Origin: Octopus sinensis
Taxonomy: Eukaryota
Assembly (NCBI RefSeq): GCF_006345805.1
Contig: NC_043000.1
Coordinates: 108,376,001 to 108,440,000, forward strand
Reading direction: 5' to 3'
Length of the DNA: 64,000 nt
Below, one piece after another: positions 27,780 to 40,765 of the stretch (positions are counted from its first letter, which is position 1; the number at the start of each line of letters is the position of its first letter). The notes below the pieces were generated by a model, which had not been told where the DNA came from, made no database searches, and saw only the letters and a list, made by a program, of their open reading frames with translations. The translations under genes and the position numbers were made by a program.

Positions 27780-28008
27780 GCAAAAATTCAAAAGATAGTG
27801 CTCATGGGAACGGCTCATATCCTACGCAAAATACTTTTTATGTAATCTCAAGTTTTAAAACAAACATAATCTTCGTATGGTTTTTTAGACATTCACTAGT
27901 ACAACACTAAGTACAAAACCAAATATATGGCACACTAGGCATAACACCAACATGAACTTCCAACTTGTTGTCTCTTGAGGTATCTGGGTGAGACTTGGAG
28001 CCATCTTA
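27780..28008 (+). mobile_element. 3'-terminal fragment of an R4/Dong-like retrotransposon in (AAT)n/(AAC)n
   Basis: AKIQKIVLMGTAHILRKILFM* (stop 27843-27845) is the characteristic RLE C-terminus, followed by a short 3' UTR and microsatellite. Confidence 0.75.
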
Positions 28009-28079
28009 ACAACAACAACAATAATGATAATGATAATAACAACAACAACAATGATAATGATAATAATAACAACAACAAC

Positions 28080-28155
<76 letters not shown>

Positions 28156-29892
28156 CGCTAAAATAAACATTTTGTTTTTTCATCATTGTTTGTTACCCAA
28201 TCAAGTATATTGAATGTTGTAACATTTATGTGTTGCTCAAAACAAATTATTTTCGTATGTTCGTTGCTGGTCAATTCATTGATACGAAATGTGAAAATAA
28301 AATGTTATCTGGACTTATCTCTTATTATGTAATAAAATGAAAAGATACAATGAAAAATGAAAATATTATGAAAACAAAACAAAAAAATTAAAAGACATTA
28401 AAATTTAAAAAAACATTATTTCAGTGCAAGAAATAAATATATATATATATTTTTCAACAAAACAGAGGTCAACAGAGAAACTGAAAAAAAACTAAAGGAA
28501 AGAAAGGCACCAAAAATTATTCAAAAGGACGGAATGAAGAAACGAATAATAATCAAAAAGAACAATAATTAACACCGCCTAACTTTTCTCTGCAAAGAAA
28601 TAAATGAAAACGTTAAAAAAAGAAACAACTCTATTAAAAAATTGAAGGAACTAAAGCAGACACTACAAAAATACGAACAGAAGAAAATGTTTTATTCCTC
28701 CTTCCTGTGTCGAAATAAATATTAAAAACCCTCAATTGATACAAAATTATATCTCTTTACTGTGTTCATTTCTTGAAATTATCAACAATGTTTTTGCCTT
28801 AATAAAAATATTTCTTTGATTAATATTATTATTTTTAACATTTTGGCCATGTTCATATTTCCTCCCTCAGTAATATATATATCATGAAATTGTCTATTTT
28901 TATCCTTTATTATTTAAGCATTTCCCGTTTTTGTAGCCAATGCGTGACCATTTCATTCTTATGAGAATGGTATGAGGAAATAGGAAAATATGACCTTTCC
29001 AATGTTTCTCAGAATGGCATGAAGAAAGGAGGAAATATATTTTAATGCCTCGAGCGGAAAGGAAAGCAACATATTTTCAATGTTTCAGGTGGCAGTATAA
29101 ACAAGGAGAAAATACACAAAGTGTAAAGGATTATCTCAAATAAGAAACAGTGCATTAAGATATCGAAATAATCTCCGAAATGAAATCTATGCGATGCTAC
29201 AGACATGTATAAGCTATTATGTGTTGATATAAATCCAGATGACAGGTGATGCCTTCCTTCAAAACATAGATATAGCTCGCTATTTTAGTAGTTTACTTCT
29301 CTCTAATTTCATCCTTATGCATTGATCAACTGATATCATTTACTGTACCGTACAGTAGTATTGAACCGATATTACATTTGATTGGAAATTGGTTTTGTCG
29401 ATTTTAGTGACATCAAGTGGCGGGTTGGTAGAAACGTTGGAATGAAGAGACCATATTCCGGATCCTTGCGTTCTCAGTTCAAATCTTGCTGGTGTCAACT
29501 TTGCAATTTATCTTCGTGGGGTCGATAAATAAAACACCATTCTAGATGAGTGAAGTAGCGGTTTGGCCCGTTTCTGAATATTTAAATAGCGCAGTGGTCT
29601 ACTTGAGAAATAAACTCAGCTACCCACCCGGTTTAACAAACACCTGGCACTTTGGCTGCCTTTAATGGAGTCCACTGTGTTGCAAGTATTCGGGCCGTAT
29701 TTCCGGTTTGACTAGATCTTCCACTCTTCTACCAGGCTACGCGCACAGACACACGAACATATATATACACATATACATAAATGCATATTTACACACATGC
29801 ATGCATACATAATGGTATGCATATATACTGGATTAAGCTTAAAACAAAGAGTGTTACTTTATATGAGCGAGAAGTAAATAGTAACAGCACTA

Positions 29893-30244
29893 CAGAGTAA
29901 AATCTATTTGCGCACGTAAATTGGTAGTCCTGTTTAGGACGAGGTTACTACCTTTTTTTTAGCCCCAGGAAAATATCTTTTCCAGCTGGTTACCGACGCA
30001 CAACTGCGTCTTTATACCTCAAACATGTGCCAATGAAGAAAGAATAACCCAGAAACCATGGTCTGCAGGTACTGTTTAAGGCTGAGTGGGGACATTAGCT
30101 CCCTTGTTTGAGGTATAAGGACGCAGTTGTGCGTCGGTAACCAGCTGGAAAAGATATTTTCCTGGGGTTAAAAAAAGGTAGTAACCTCGTCCTAAACAGG
30201 ACTACCAATTTACGTTCGCAAATAGATTTTACTCTCTCTCTCTG
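29893..30244. mobile_element. Tc1/mariner-type MITE, about 130-bp TIRs, TA TSD
   Basis: Arms 29894-30025 and 30105-30235 are near-perfect reverse complements. Termini TA|CAGAG and CTCTG|TA, with a (CT)n expansion inside the right terminus. Confidence 0.8.
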
Positions 30245-30902
30245 TACACACACACATACACACACACATACTGTTAAACCGTTAATCCCTACACATCTTT
30301 CTCTCTCCGTTCGTTCGCTCTCCATTTTTCTTCTCATATCTTTCTGTCGAAGAGCGTAGGCTAGAAATGTCAAAGACTTACTCATTCTTCTCGAGCGTCA
30401 AACTAATACATCTACTTGTTGTTCCCCCATCTGTCTTCGTCTTTTGTTTTCAGTAAATTTAAAGTATATATGTGTGTGTACATATATGTTTTTGCATATG
30501 CATTTACATATACATGAATATATATACGCATATACTGTGCGTGCGCACGACCGGTCCAGCACGTGTATAAGTAGGAATGTAAAATTAAAATACATCAATA
30601 ATATATTTTCCATGGGGCAAATATCATTTATTATAGAACTCAGTACGTTGGGTAGTATCAAGAGATATATATTTATTTTATTAAAGTTGACAGACTACAC
30701 TGAGTTGTACCCTTAGCTAGGCCTATCCAAACCTGTCCACCCTAAAACGCCAAACTTAAACTATACTATGTAAACTACCTATATAATTTCCATATTTGTG
30801 TTTTGCCTCTACAGCCGTGGACAACCCAATTAAAGATGAAACTCAGAGGAAACTGTAAACTTTGATATTATCAATGCATACACACGGGAATATACTTATA
30901 TA

Positions 30903-30956
<54 letters not shown>

Positions 30957-30959
<3 letters not shown>

Positions 30960-31087
30960 TGAAGATTCATTTGAATGAAACAGTTCTAGTCCTGTAGAAG
31001 CTCCTTCTATAAAATAAATTAATTTACTCTGCTATGTATTGAGTACCTTATTTACTGTGGTTAACCCCGACTCAACCCGGGACCTAC
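30957..31087 (+). mobile_element. Second copy of the hammerhead-bearing short repeat, in (TA)n
   Basis: TCCTGAAGA-TTCATTTGAAT-GAAA-CAGTTCTAGTCCTGTA-GAAGC.., then about 90 bp matching the reverse complement of 4823-4900. Confidence 0.6.
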
Positions 31088-34000
31088 ATATATATATATA
31101 TATATATATATATAGTATTTCATACATAAATATAGGAGGGAATTTTTTTAACCACTATGTGGAAACCCTTATGCTAGAAGAAGATCCGCGATGGTCTTAA
31201 CCCCTAAGAATTGTTTTCCAGAAAATTCAGCACACCAGAAACATAAGCGAGCAAGACAAATGAAAAGTAACAAAAATATAGATTAATCATAAACAATTGT
31301 TTCACTATCAACAAATTACGTAATTTTACTTACACAATTTGTAGATCGTCAGTATGATCATCTATGCAGAATATAATTTGCGGAACTTCTGCATAGACGA
31401 TCATACTGACGATCTACAGATAAATTGTGTAGCCGGAAATACCACAAACATACTTTAGATATGATATATGATACAACCATACGTTGCTTATGCCTAAACA
31501 CTACTTGGCTCTGATATGACTGTTGTTTCTACGACCTCGGCGGTCTACTAGCGCTAAGCTGTCAATGCTGTTGACTGTATTTTAGTTAAAGTGTGCTTTG
31601 ATAAGGTCTCTTCAGAGTTGTATCCCATCAGGTAGTTCTCATTGATAACGGCTACAAATCTGGAAGCATCTATGTCTGGGGTTTCTGATAGGGGGTGAGA
31701 CTAGACTGACATGGTGTTTTTACACCCTTTATCATAAGACAGAATTTCTCTCCACGGTAACTGCAGTGAATTTACCTTTTAGCAGTTGAAATATATCACA
31801 AGCATATTTTATCTAATCTAAACTTAGCTTATGCCTAAACACTTCGTGTCACTGGTATTACGGTAATATATACATACACACATACATGTATGTGTGCATG
31901 TGTGTGCATGCATGCATGCATGCATGTATGTATGTATGTATGTATGTATGTATGTATGTATGTATGTATGTATGTATACATATATACATACACCTCTCAG
32001 ATGGCTATTCAGTCTAGCTGCAGATCTGCATTGTTTGTGCGTGAGTGTATATGTATATATATATACTTGCACACAAAGAATGCAGATCTGCTGCTAGACT
32101 GAATAGTCATCTGAGAGGTCATGGGCGGAAAATCAGAATTACCATTGACAACAAGGAAGCATAGGGAGACGCCGATTATCTGTGAAGATGGAGCAGTCAC
32201 CATATATGCACGTACGTGTACATGTTCCACCACCTTTGTATACGTATCTCCGTATGTTTATGAGTTAATTCTACGCTTTGTTAATTGAATTAGCATGTGA
32301 AGAAATGGCTGTGTATTCCACAGCCGTTGATCGAACAACTGATTTTTCATCTTTGACGTAAAGTGAGGATATCTCATATTACAGGAATAAAACGCTACAA
32401 CAATAGGAACCACTAAACTTTAAAATTCTTATAGTGGCTACAGTATTTCTCACTGTTCACACGATACAAACAACTTATTTAAAATAATCAATATGAGAAA
32501 ATTAATACTATTGTAATATCCATTTCTTTTCCCATGACTCAAGTTACGTAAATAAAGTCGATGGTTTCAACCGGATATCGACCGCTTTATGATACAACGA
32601 GGTTGTTGCTCAACCAGTTAGAAACAGTAACCAAATCACTTACAAATCTCATTCTGTTTTTACAAAGGACAAAAATATATTGGGTAATTCTTTAGTTATT
32701 TTACTTTTATTTATATTTTTTGGCAGTTTAGTCATGATGAGAAGAACTGTGCGCATGAGCCTTTATTTACTCGGTATCTCTGAAACTGGTGGGATAACGG
32801 AAAGATATCCTTAAACTGGAAACCTGGTCCAAATGCTTACAAGAGGATAAACTCTGCTCAAGGTGCCATGGTGTTTGTATTGAATTAGTCAAGAGATGAC
32901 ATCTATCATACAAGAATTCGGAATCAAAGAATGGGAAGAAATACCACAAGATATATCTACGACGCTCTGACAATTCCAGTTCTCCACCTAAAGGGTGAAA
33001 GATAACGCTGACTTCGGTTGAAGTTGATCACAGAACATATAGGGTTGGTACAAATACTGCAAGGCTGTTTGACCTATGCTTCAACATCTCTTTTAATCCA
33101 CTGCCTGGTCTTAGACACGTTGTGTCTTAAAATTATTTCTACTATAGGGATAAGTCCTGAAGTTTGAGAAGAGAGGGTTAGTCTATTACATAAGCACCGG
33201 TGCTCAAGTCAAGAGATACTTATTTTATCGATCTCGAAAAGAAGGTCGGTAAAGTCGACCTCGGCAGAATTTGAACTCAGAAAGTAAAGACGGACGAAAT
33301 GCTGTGAAACATTTTGTCTGCGCAAACGATTCTGTCTGGTCGCCTTACCACCATGTCTTAAAATAAGATTAAACAGTCACAGCCGGAACAAGTTTCATTA
33401 CTTGTCCGCTTGAACAGGTCTAACCCGAGACTAAACATCATTAGTAACATCGACGACGCCTTAATGAAATTTATGGTGCTTACGAAATGTATAAGCATGA
33501 CAATGATAAATTTTAAAAAAATTGAGTGTTATTTTCATCTGCGTATCACTATATTCCAAACATCATATCGACCTAACAATAAAATGATGACCTAAGCAAT
33601 GACAGCTTCGAATGCGTCAATAAATCCTTTAAGTGCACGTGTTTAAAATTAATGTACTTTAAATCCTCATTAGCATCTTGTAATAGTAGAAACATTTGTA
33701 GACTGAGGTCAGCTGAATCACTTCTCGTTCTCCCAGAATAAAACGGTATTTATCACTGTTACATGGTTTATGCATAAAACAGAATACATTAGACAACGGA
33801 ATTTTGAAGTTGTTGTGGGTGTGATATGAAGTGGGATGTGCGAGAGAATAAGAAGAAAAGAAATCTTGAAAACTATTTATGGATGAACATTTTCAGTGTA
33901 TATTTTTTAGATGTTAAGAATCTACCAAGTTCCATTGCAATGCAATTTCTCTCTCTTTCTTTTTCTCTCTCTCTTTCTTTTCCTCCCCCTCTCTCTCTCT

Positions 34001-34856
34001 CCTTATCAATCTATTTATCTATCTATTTATCTATCTATCAAATACATACACCAAACACGTATACTCAGCTACACAAATATCCGTGTGTATGTATGCATTG
34101 TGCATGAATATATCTGTGTATGCATGTATGTAAAGCGGCGAATTGGTAAAAATCATTAGATGTTAAACATGCTGCCATCAGATATTTGCTCCGACTTATT
34201 CGTTTTGTCCTCTGAGCACAAATCCCGCAAAGGTCAAATTTGTCTTTAATTCTCTCAGGGTCGATAAAACGAAGTGATGGACTGGCAGAACTGTTACAGG
34301 GTCTGGCAAGATCCAAAGCTTCATCATTGGAATGTAAACATGAATAGGGTAGTTGTGCATGGGTAGTTGTGAATGTAAACATGAATAGGGTAGTTTTGTG
34401 TACGTGTGAAATATTTGGGGTCAGTGTACGTGGAAATTTTTATCTTCTATTTTATGTGTATAATTGCTTGACATGTATAGAGTTGCTTGTCTAGACATGT
34501 GCATATGTACTTGAATGTCAACCTTTTGGAAAGTTTTGCAATTTGACAGTTCTGTCTGTATATATGTATGCCTGCTGGGTGCATGTATGTATGGATAACG
34601 TAGTCGTAGATACACGTTGTCAAAAATACACATAACTTCCATTATTCTTTTACTCTTTTACTTGTTTCAGTCATTTGACTGTGGCCATGCTGGAGCACCG
34701 CCTTTAGTCGAGCAAATCGACCCCAGGACTTATTCTTTGTAAGCCTAGTACTTATTCTATCGGTCTCTTTTGTCGAACCGCTAAGTTACGGGGACGTAAA
34801 CACGCCAGCATCGGTTGTCAAGCAATGTTGGAGGGACAAACACAGACACACAAACG

Positions 34857-34899
<43 letters not shown>

Positions 34900-34930
34900 T
34901 CCAAACATCATATATTCCGAACATCATATA

Positions 34931-34962
<32 letters not shown>

Positions 34963-35109
34963 CATATACGACCGGCTTCTTTCAGCTTCCGTCTACCAAA
35001 TCCACTCACAAGGCTTTGGTCGGCACGAGGCTATAATAGAAGACACTTGCCCAAGGTGCCATGCAGTGAGACTGAACCCGGAACCATGTGGTTGGTAACC
35101 AAGCTACTT

Positions 35110-37114
35110 TATTTCATAAATTTGTCATATAGACAGTACAAAGAGCTTTGCGGGCTGGACAAATACATTAATGAATGAAAATGAAATATAATGAATAAAT
35201 GAGAGACGAAACCCAACACCCGCCAATTGGATTTTTCTCGAAAACATATTTTCTTTTTTTTCTTTCTTTTAAATTAATATGGGGTTTCAAACCTCTTACA
35301 AGGAGGAGGCACTAAAACCTCTTACTTAACATGTTTTCTTTTTTTCTTTCTTAAAGCACAAAATTGAGGTTATAAACCACTACAAAATAATCCAATAAGA
35401 TGAGTTTCAAACCTTGTAACGAGGGTCTTTCATCTCCTACTCTTCGATATATCCATCGATATATTCATCATTATCTTCAATGCCGCTTGAGTTCCTGTAT
35501 CCCGCCATTTCCCATGCCTCACTCATGTAGGACATGTAAGTCGTGTAACGGCCACCCGGCCATATGCGATACTCCTCCCCAAATCATTTAAGCCTTTCCC
35601 ACAAGGGAAACCTTATGACCTCCACAGCTATCTGCAGAGGCAATTCGGGATCCCGTGTTCTTCTACTATTTTTCCATCTCCCCGCCCTTGTAGAAAAAGA
35701 TAATTGATTGATCATCTTTAAGGGTGGGAGTGGTTTCTTCCACCGTAGGTGGCACAACTTCGGGACATGCAGTCGACACATCATCTCCCCGCTGAGATGA
35801 CCCGTTCTTCTTCCTTCTTTTTTTCCTGGCTTCGGGAGAGTGGAGCTCTTCCGCTTTGTCCGGAGACTCTCCCCCGCCTTCCGAAGCCTTAGGTTCCTTC
35901 GGCGGGCAACTTCTTCCTTTTTAATCCTTTTTGAGTTGAGGAGGCTGAAGCCTCCTCGACCGCATCCACCTCTCCCTTTGACCGGGTAGGAGAGGTGGCA
36001 TCTAGTGACTGTTCCAGGACCTTACCATGGTCCTGGGGGTAGTTCCTTTTAATGTGGCCTGGCTGCAGGCATGAGTGACACTTTGGGGGACATCCCTCAA
36101 GTATCACCGGATACCTGCAGCCAGCCATTTTCAAGAAATCTGGAAAAACCAGTTCTGTTGTGGCCGATGGGGTCCACAGGGTCAAAATCGCTTTTGACCC
36201 TTCCCAATCGACCGCCGGCAATACTCTTACATTTAAGAGCCTGGACCCGCCATCCCCCAGTCCCCGTCGGATGGTATCTTCAATCCAATCCGCTTCGGTG
36301 CCCGGGGGGAGCCCACATACCCAGGCTCGTATTAATTTTCTTCCACAATATGACGGGAGAAACAGAATTTCCTTGCCTTCTAAAGGCTGACTCGCAAACT
36401 GGCGAGCCTTTACCCCGTTGTCAAACAGCAACCATACGGTTGCATGTTTGACACCACGGGATATATATTTTACAGAGGACAAATGTTCTTTAAGTTCATT
36501 TTTTATGACTTGTTTTGGGAAGACGGTGATGGAATTAAGAACTTTAGAATACGTTCTAAGTACCACCGTCTTCTCCTCCATATCTTTTAACCACTGCTTA
36601 GGCGGGTTAATTTCCCACTCTAAGAAAGAGTTTTTCTTTTTAAGTTCCTTCTCTGCCATGTCAAAAAACAGTTCAAAAGTAGTTCAAAAGACAGTCTGCC
36701 AAAAAATTAAACCGAATAAAAATAAAACAAAATAAAAGAGGAGGGGAGGAAACTGAAATTAAAGTAATGAAAAGAATGAACCAAAATTTAGAAAGAAAGA
36801 AAAAATAGAAGAAGGGAAAAGTAAAAGAAAAACCTCACAAATAGCACAGACAGGGAATCCTTTGTATAATACTCCAAAACGGTAATCCAAATGGCTTATT
36901 CTTATTTTTCTGGCGAGATACGCCCACTAGAATTCACAAGAAGAATTTTCAAAAAAATTCTCAATTCACCGTTACGGTGATGAGAACCCAGTATTTTGCT
37001 CGCTATAGCGAGCCATAATTGACAACTTTTCTTTTTGTTCTTTTTTTCTATTCGCGGAGCCGAAACTCACATCTGCTCACTGTAACAGTCCAGACCAACT
37101 AGTGTTGCATTCTG
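35110..37114 (-). mobile_element. ORF1-only (HAL1-like) non-autonomous retroelement, about 2.0 kb, inserted into a SINE
   Basis: Flanked by a 16-bp TSD (35094-35109 GGTAACCAAGCTACTT; 37115-37130 GGTAAGAAAGCTACTT) that splits a family-A SINE. About 455-nt 5' UTR, one ORF1-like gene, about 325-nt 3' UTR ending at AATAAA; no endonuclease or RT motifs seen. Confidence 0.75.
35889..36659 (-). CDS. L1/Tx1-type ORF1 (gag-like RNA-binding protein with CCHC knuckle), decayed; coding-like sequence continues across frameshifts and a stop to about 35436
   Basis: 256-aa ORF containing PPKCHSCLQPGHIKRNYP (C-x2-C-x4-H-x4-C with the last C mutated to Y), preceded by an alpha/beta RRM-like region typical of L1-clade ORF1. 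Confidence 0.7.
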   Translation of the reverse strand: MAEKELKKKNSFLEWEINPPKQWLKDMEEKTVVLRTYSKVLNSITVFPKQVIKNELKEHLSSVKYISRGVKHATVWLLFDNGVKARQFASQPLEGKEILFLPSYCGRKLIRAWVCGLPPGTEADWIEDTIRRGLGDGGSRLLNVRVLPAVDWEGSKAILTLWTPSATTELVFPDFLKMAGCRYPVILEGCPPKCHSCLQPGHIKRNYPQDHGKVLEQSLDATSPTRSKGEVDAVEEASASSTQKGLKRKKLPAEGT

Positions 37115-37339
37115 GGTAAGAAAGCTACTTACCACACAGCCACTCCTACGCCTATAGTTCCGTTATTTTCTTTATAACTGTATAGTTAAGAATTTCGTTA
37201 ACAATCACGAGGTTTCAGAGTCGATCTCAATGTAGAGTAGTAAGTCACTTCTAAAAATTCGCAACGTCACAACCTAGTGAGTGAAATGGGGTTGATAGAA
37301 ACTGTTCCAGCAGGAAGGAAGGGGACATCGTATAGAGTA

Positions 37340-37780
37340 TTCTTTCTACTAAAGGCACAAGACCTGGAACATTAAGGGAGGGGCTAGTCGATTACATCAA
37401 TCCCAGAACTGAACTAGTACTCATTTTATCAACCCCGAAAAGATGAAGTATAGAGTCGACTTAAGTGGAATTTGAACTCAGAACATAAAGCTGGAAGAAA
37501 TGCTGATAAACATTTTGTCCGGTATGCTAACGATTCTGTCAGCTCACTGCCTGTTTTTTTTTTTATTCTTTCTACCATAGGCACAAGGCCTGAATTTAGT
37601 GGCAATGAATCTAGTCAGTAATATCGACTGCGGTACTTGACAGGTGCTATTTTATGAACCTCGAAAGGATAAATGGCAATTTGAACTCAGCAGAATTTGA
37701 ACTCAGAACGTAAATCGCCCCGAAGAAATGCCGCTAGTATTTTGTCCAACTAGCTAACAATTCTGTCAGATCACCGCCCT
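37340..37780 (-). mobile_element. Two adjacent decayed family-B-related SINEs (further decayed copies at about 24000-24190, 29410-29530, 33190-33350, 39300-39420, 39530-39720, 49200-49360)
   Basis: Recurring GAATTTGAACTCAGAAC (reverse B-box) and TTTATCAACCCCGAAAAGATGAA-like cores. Confidence 0.65.
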
Positions 37781-38605
37781 TACTTTGTATGAGCCGTAGC
37801 AGTTCTCTGATGGTAGAAATGGTTCCGTCACTCTGTTTAACGCAGTGATGTGACTCTTGGTTTAACACAGTCATCTGGCTCTTGGTGCCGTCAGCTGTAT
37901 TCATCCTGTTTCAAGTAGATAAAACAAGTGTCTTTTTTGAGAATATCTTGGGTCGTGTTTTTTTCCTTCCCTCCTGTATAGTTAAGAATTTTGTTAACAA
38001 TCACGAGTTTCAGAGTCGATCTCAATGTAGAGTAGTAGGTCACTTCTAAAACTTCTCCTCCTCTTCTGACCAAGTCATAATAAAATCGACATAAGCTTCT
38101 TGTGATCATTAGGAAAGGCATGATTTCCACGCTTTCCATCTCACTCCTCTAAAATATATTTTCCATTTTTGTTTCCTTCAAGTTTGGTGTATCTTGGACT
38201 ACATTATCCATTCTTGTGAATGAATGGCTCAGATATTTCCTTCATGATCACATTGTACTGAGTTCAACTTGAGTAGAATTCATCTATTTTAGCTTCAGGT
38301 CAAACGTCAACACAAGCCGTGTAAGTGGAATTTGGATAGACGGAACTTGTGCAGCGTGTATGCCACATCAGATGGACTATATCCGTTCTTTCGCGGTAGA
38401 GTTGGGGTTTTTGCCTAATTAAATAGATATTAAATTTCCCCTTCCTTTTTTCTCTCTTATCTCTCTCTTTGCAATAATTCTTACGGCTCTCTGTTTGCTG
38501 AGTTAAATTCCCGCTGAGATCAACCTAACGTTTCATCCTTTCAGAATCAATAGAGACCCTCGCTCTCTCTCTCTCTCTCTCTGTCTCTCTGTCTCTCTCT
38601 CTCTG

Positions 38606-38636
<31 letters not shown>

Positions 38637-39749
38637 TTCTTTCTTTCCTTCTTTCTCTCTTTCCCTCCCCTTTCTCCACGTTAATGATGTGATTTCGACT
38701 AAAGGTTAAAACCAATTCACTTCACTTTCACCACTGATGCTAAATAACAGTCTCAGCTAATTAATTAAACTCACAATTTCTTATTTTACCCTCCCTATTA
38801 AATATGTCATCTTTGTTTCTTGTCAAATAAATTCATTATAACAAATATAGTTGAATGTCGAGTTAGGAAATCGTTTAACTAGGTACAGCAGAGTAGTATT
38901 TAATATCCTTTCTCTAGATCAGGCATGAGCATCCTTTTTCACGAAGAGAGCAGCTGATGCATGACTTAACATCATATCATCAGACGGGCCGCATTGTTAA
39001 TTTAATATTCAAGGTAATTTCTTGTTGTGCCATTCAGAAAGCCCCTATGACTGCTTTAACTATTAAGTTTAACAGTACCAATTCAATGCCTTGTCTCGGG
39101 CTATTCATTCCTGCTTGAATTATAGAGTCCCCGTCGTGACTTGCAGCGAATCTCGGACAGTTTATACTTGGCGGAACCCATCTCTCTTCAATTCATCAAG
39201 TTTGACCATAACTGATTTCTTCCAGAGAAAGAGTGTCCTACAGCTAGAGATAGGGTGGGGGAGAAAAATAGAGAGAGGGAGAGAGACAGACAGACAGACT
39301 TTGAAAGGATGAAAGGCAATGTTGACCTCTGCGGGTATTGAACTCAGAGCGCAGAGGGCGGTAACGATTACTGCAAAAAAATCTTCCCGACAGTCCAATG
39401 GCTCTATCAATAAGCAGCCTTACTAGTAAAATATCCTGTTTTCAGTTCAACTATTGAGTCCATTCCTTTATAAAAGTTGAACTGGACATAGGACTATTTA
39501 AGAGAAGCAACGTTGTCTTCTATTTATTTAGCATCGAAGGTAGCACGCCGGACAAAATACTTGGCGGCATTTCTTCTGACTTTACGTTCTGAGTTCAAAT
39601 TCCACCGAGAACGACTTCACATTTCATCCTTTTGGGATCGATGAAGTAAGTACTAGTCTAGCACTGGGGTCGAAGTAATTAACTATCTCCTTCTCCCAAA
39701 AGTTTATGGCCTTATGCCTATAAAAAGATAATGGAGGGTAAAGCCTCTC

Positions 39750-40033
39750 TTAGGTCATGAATGACCATGGGTTACCCCTCCATGACACAAGTCCGGGCAA
39801 GGTTGTTTGTGGAACAGTCGCCCATGCATACCAGTCTCTCCTCTCCACGCCACCGATATTGTCCAAGAGAAAGGCAAAGGCCGATTCAGCTCGGCTCCAG
39901 TGACGTTGCAACTCATTTCTACAGCTGAGTGAACCGGAGCAACATGAAATAAAGAGTGTTGCTCAACAACACAAAACACAGCCCGATCCAGGAATCGAAA
40001 TCACAATCTCACAATTGTAAGCCCGACGCTCTA
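39750..40033 (-). mobile_element. tRNA-derived SINE family C (related head at about 2340-2600, +)
   Basis: Reverse tRNA-like head ..GAATCGAAATCACAATCTC..CTCTAACCACTGAACCATTCGCC, CORE-like TGCTCAACAACACAA, distinct 3' body. Confidence 0.7.
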
Positions 40034-40461
40034 ACCACTGAACCATTCGCCTAAAATAGAAAATATTTATTAGGCACTGAAGTCAAACCTTGAGAGATTT
40101 GGTTTTCACAACCCAGATGGGCGAATCTAAAGACTGAAGTTAATTTATTAATTCCAGCATACAACCGTTTTTGCTATCTTGGCTACTTGTAATAAACTCA
40201 GCTTGAATTCTTTCCGTCTCTATATTTAATCTCAGAATAAAATCGTTAAATTATTCTACGTCATATAACTAGCTCTTTTTATTATAATTCTGTTCAGTAT
40301 TTTCTGATACTTAGTTAATGTTTTGTTTTTATGCTATTTCGTGTGCAGCGCAGTGCTCACAGTTCTGCTGGCGTCTTCTTTTGATAGACAATATTACTAT
40401 AGAAGAATTATCCAATGTAAACAAGGCATTTCCTGGTCAAATTCAATGAAGGTTATTGCTG

Positions 40462-40522
<61 letters not shown>

Positions 40523-40765
40523 GTTTTATTACAATGATAAGCGCTAAGAATAGATGGTTAAATTAATCATGTAACATTACGAGATGATATAGTAGTGTTA
40601 GATAAAGGAAAGGAGACAGCGACGACGACGGTAATGTAAAGAAACAAAATTGAGGAGAATGCCAGTGAAGCGAAAGACAGGGAAAGAGAAGTTTAGCTTG
40701 GTGAGTGGGAGAGAGAGATGGATAAGTGAAGAGGAAACAAAGAAGTGGGGGAAGTTACGATAATA

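Larger units (their letters stand above)
34643..37153 (-). mobile_element. SINE family A split in two (34643-35109 and 37115-37153) by the 2-kb ORF1-only element
   Basis: The body stops at ..GGTAACCAAGCTACTT and the missing head ..AAGCTACTTACCACACAGCCACTCCTACGCC resumes 2 kb away. Confidence 0.88.

Noticed and set aside
40330-40450. Possible exon after the GTGTGCAG acceptor
   Set aside because: No recognisable peptide in any frame and no convincing donor.
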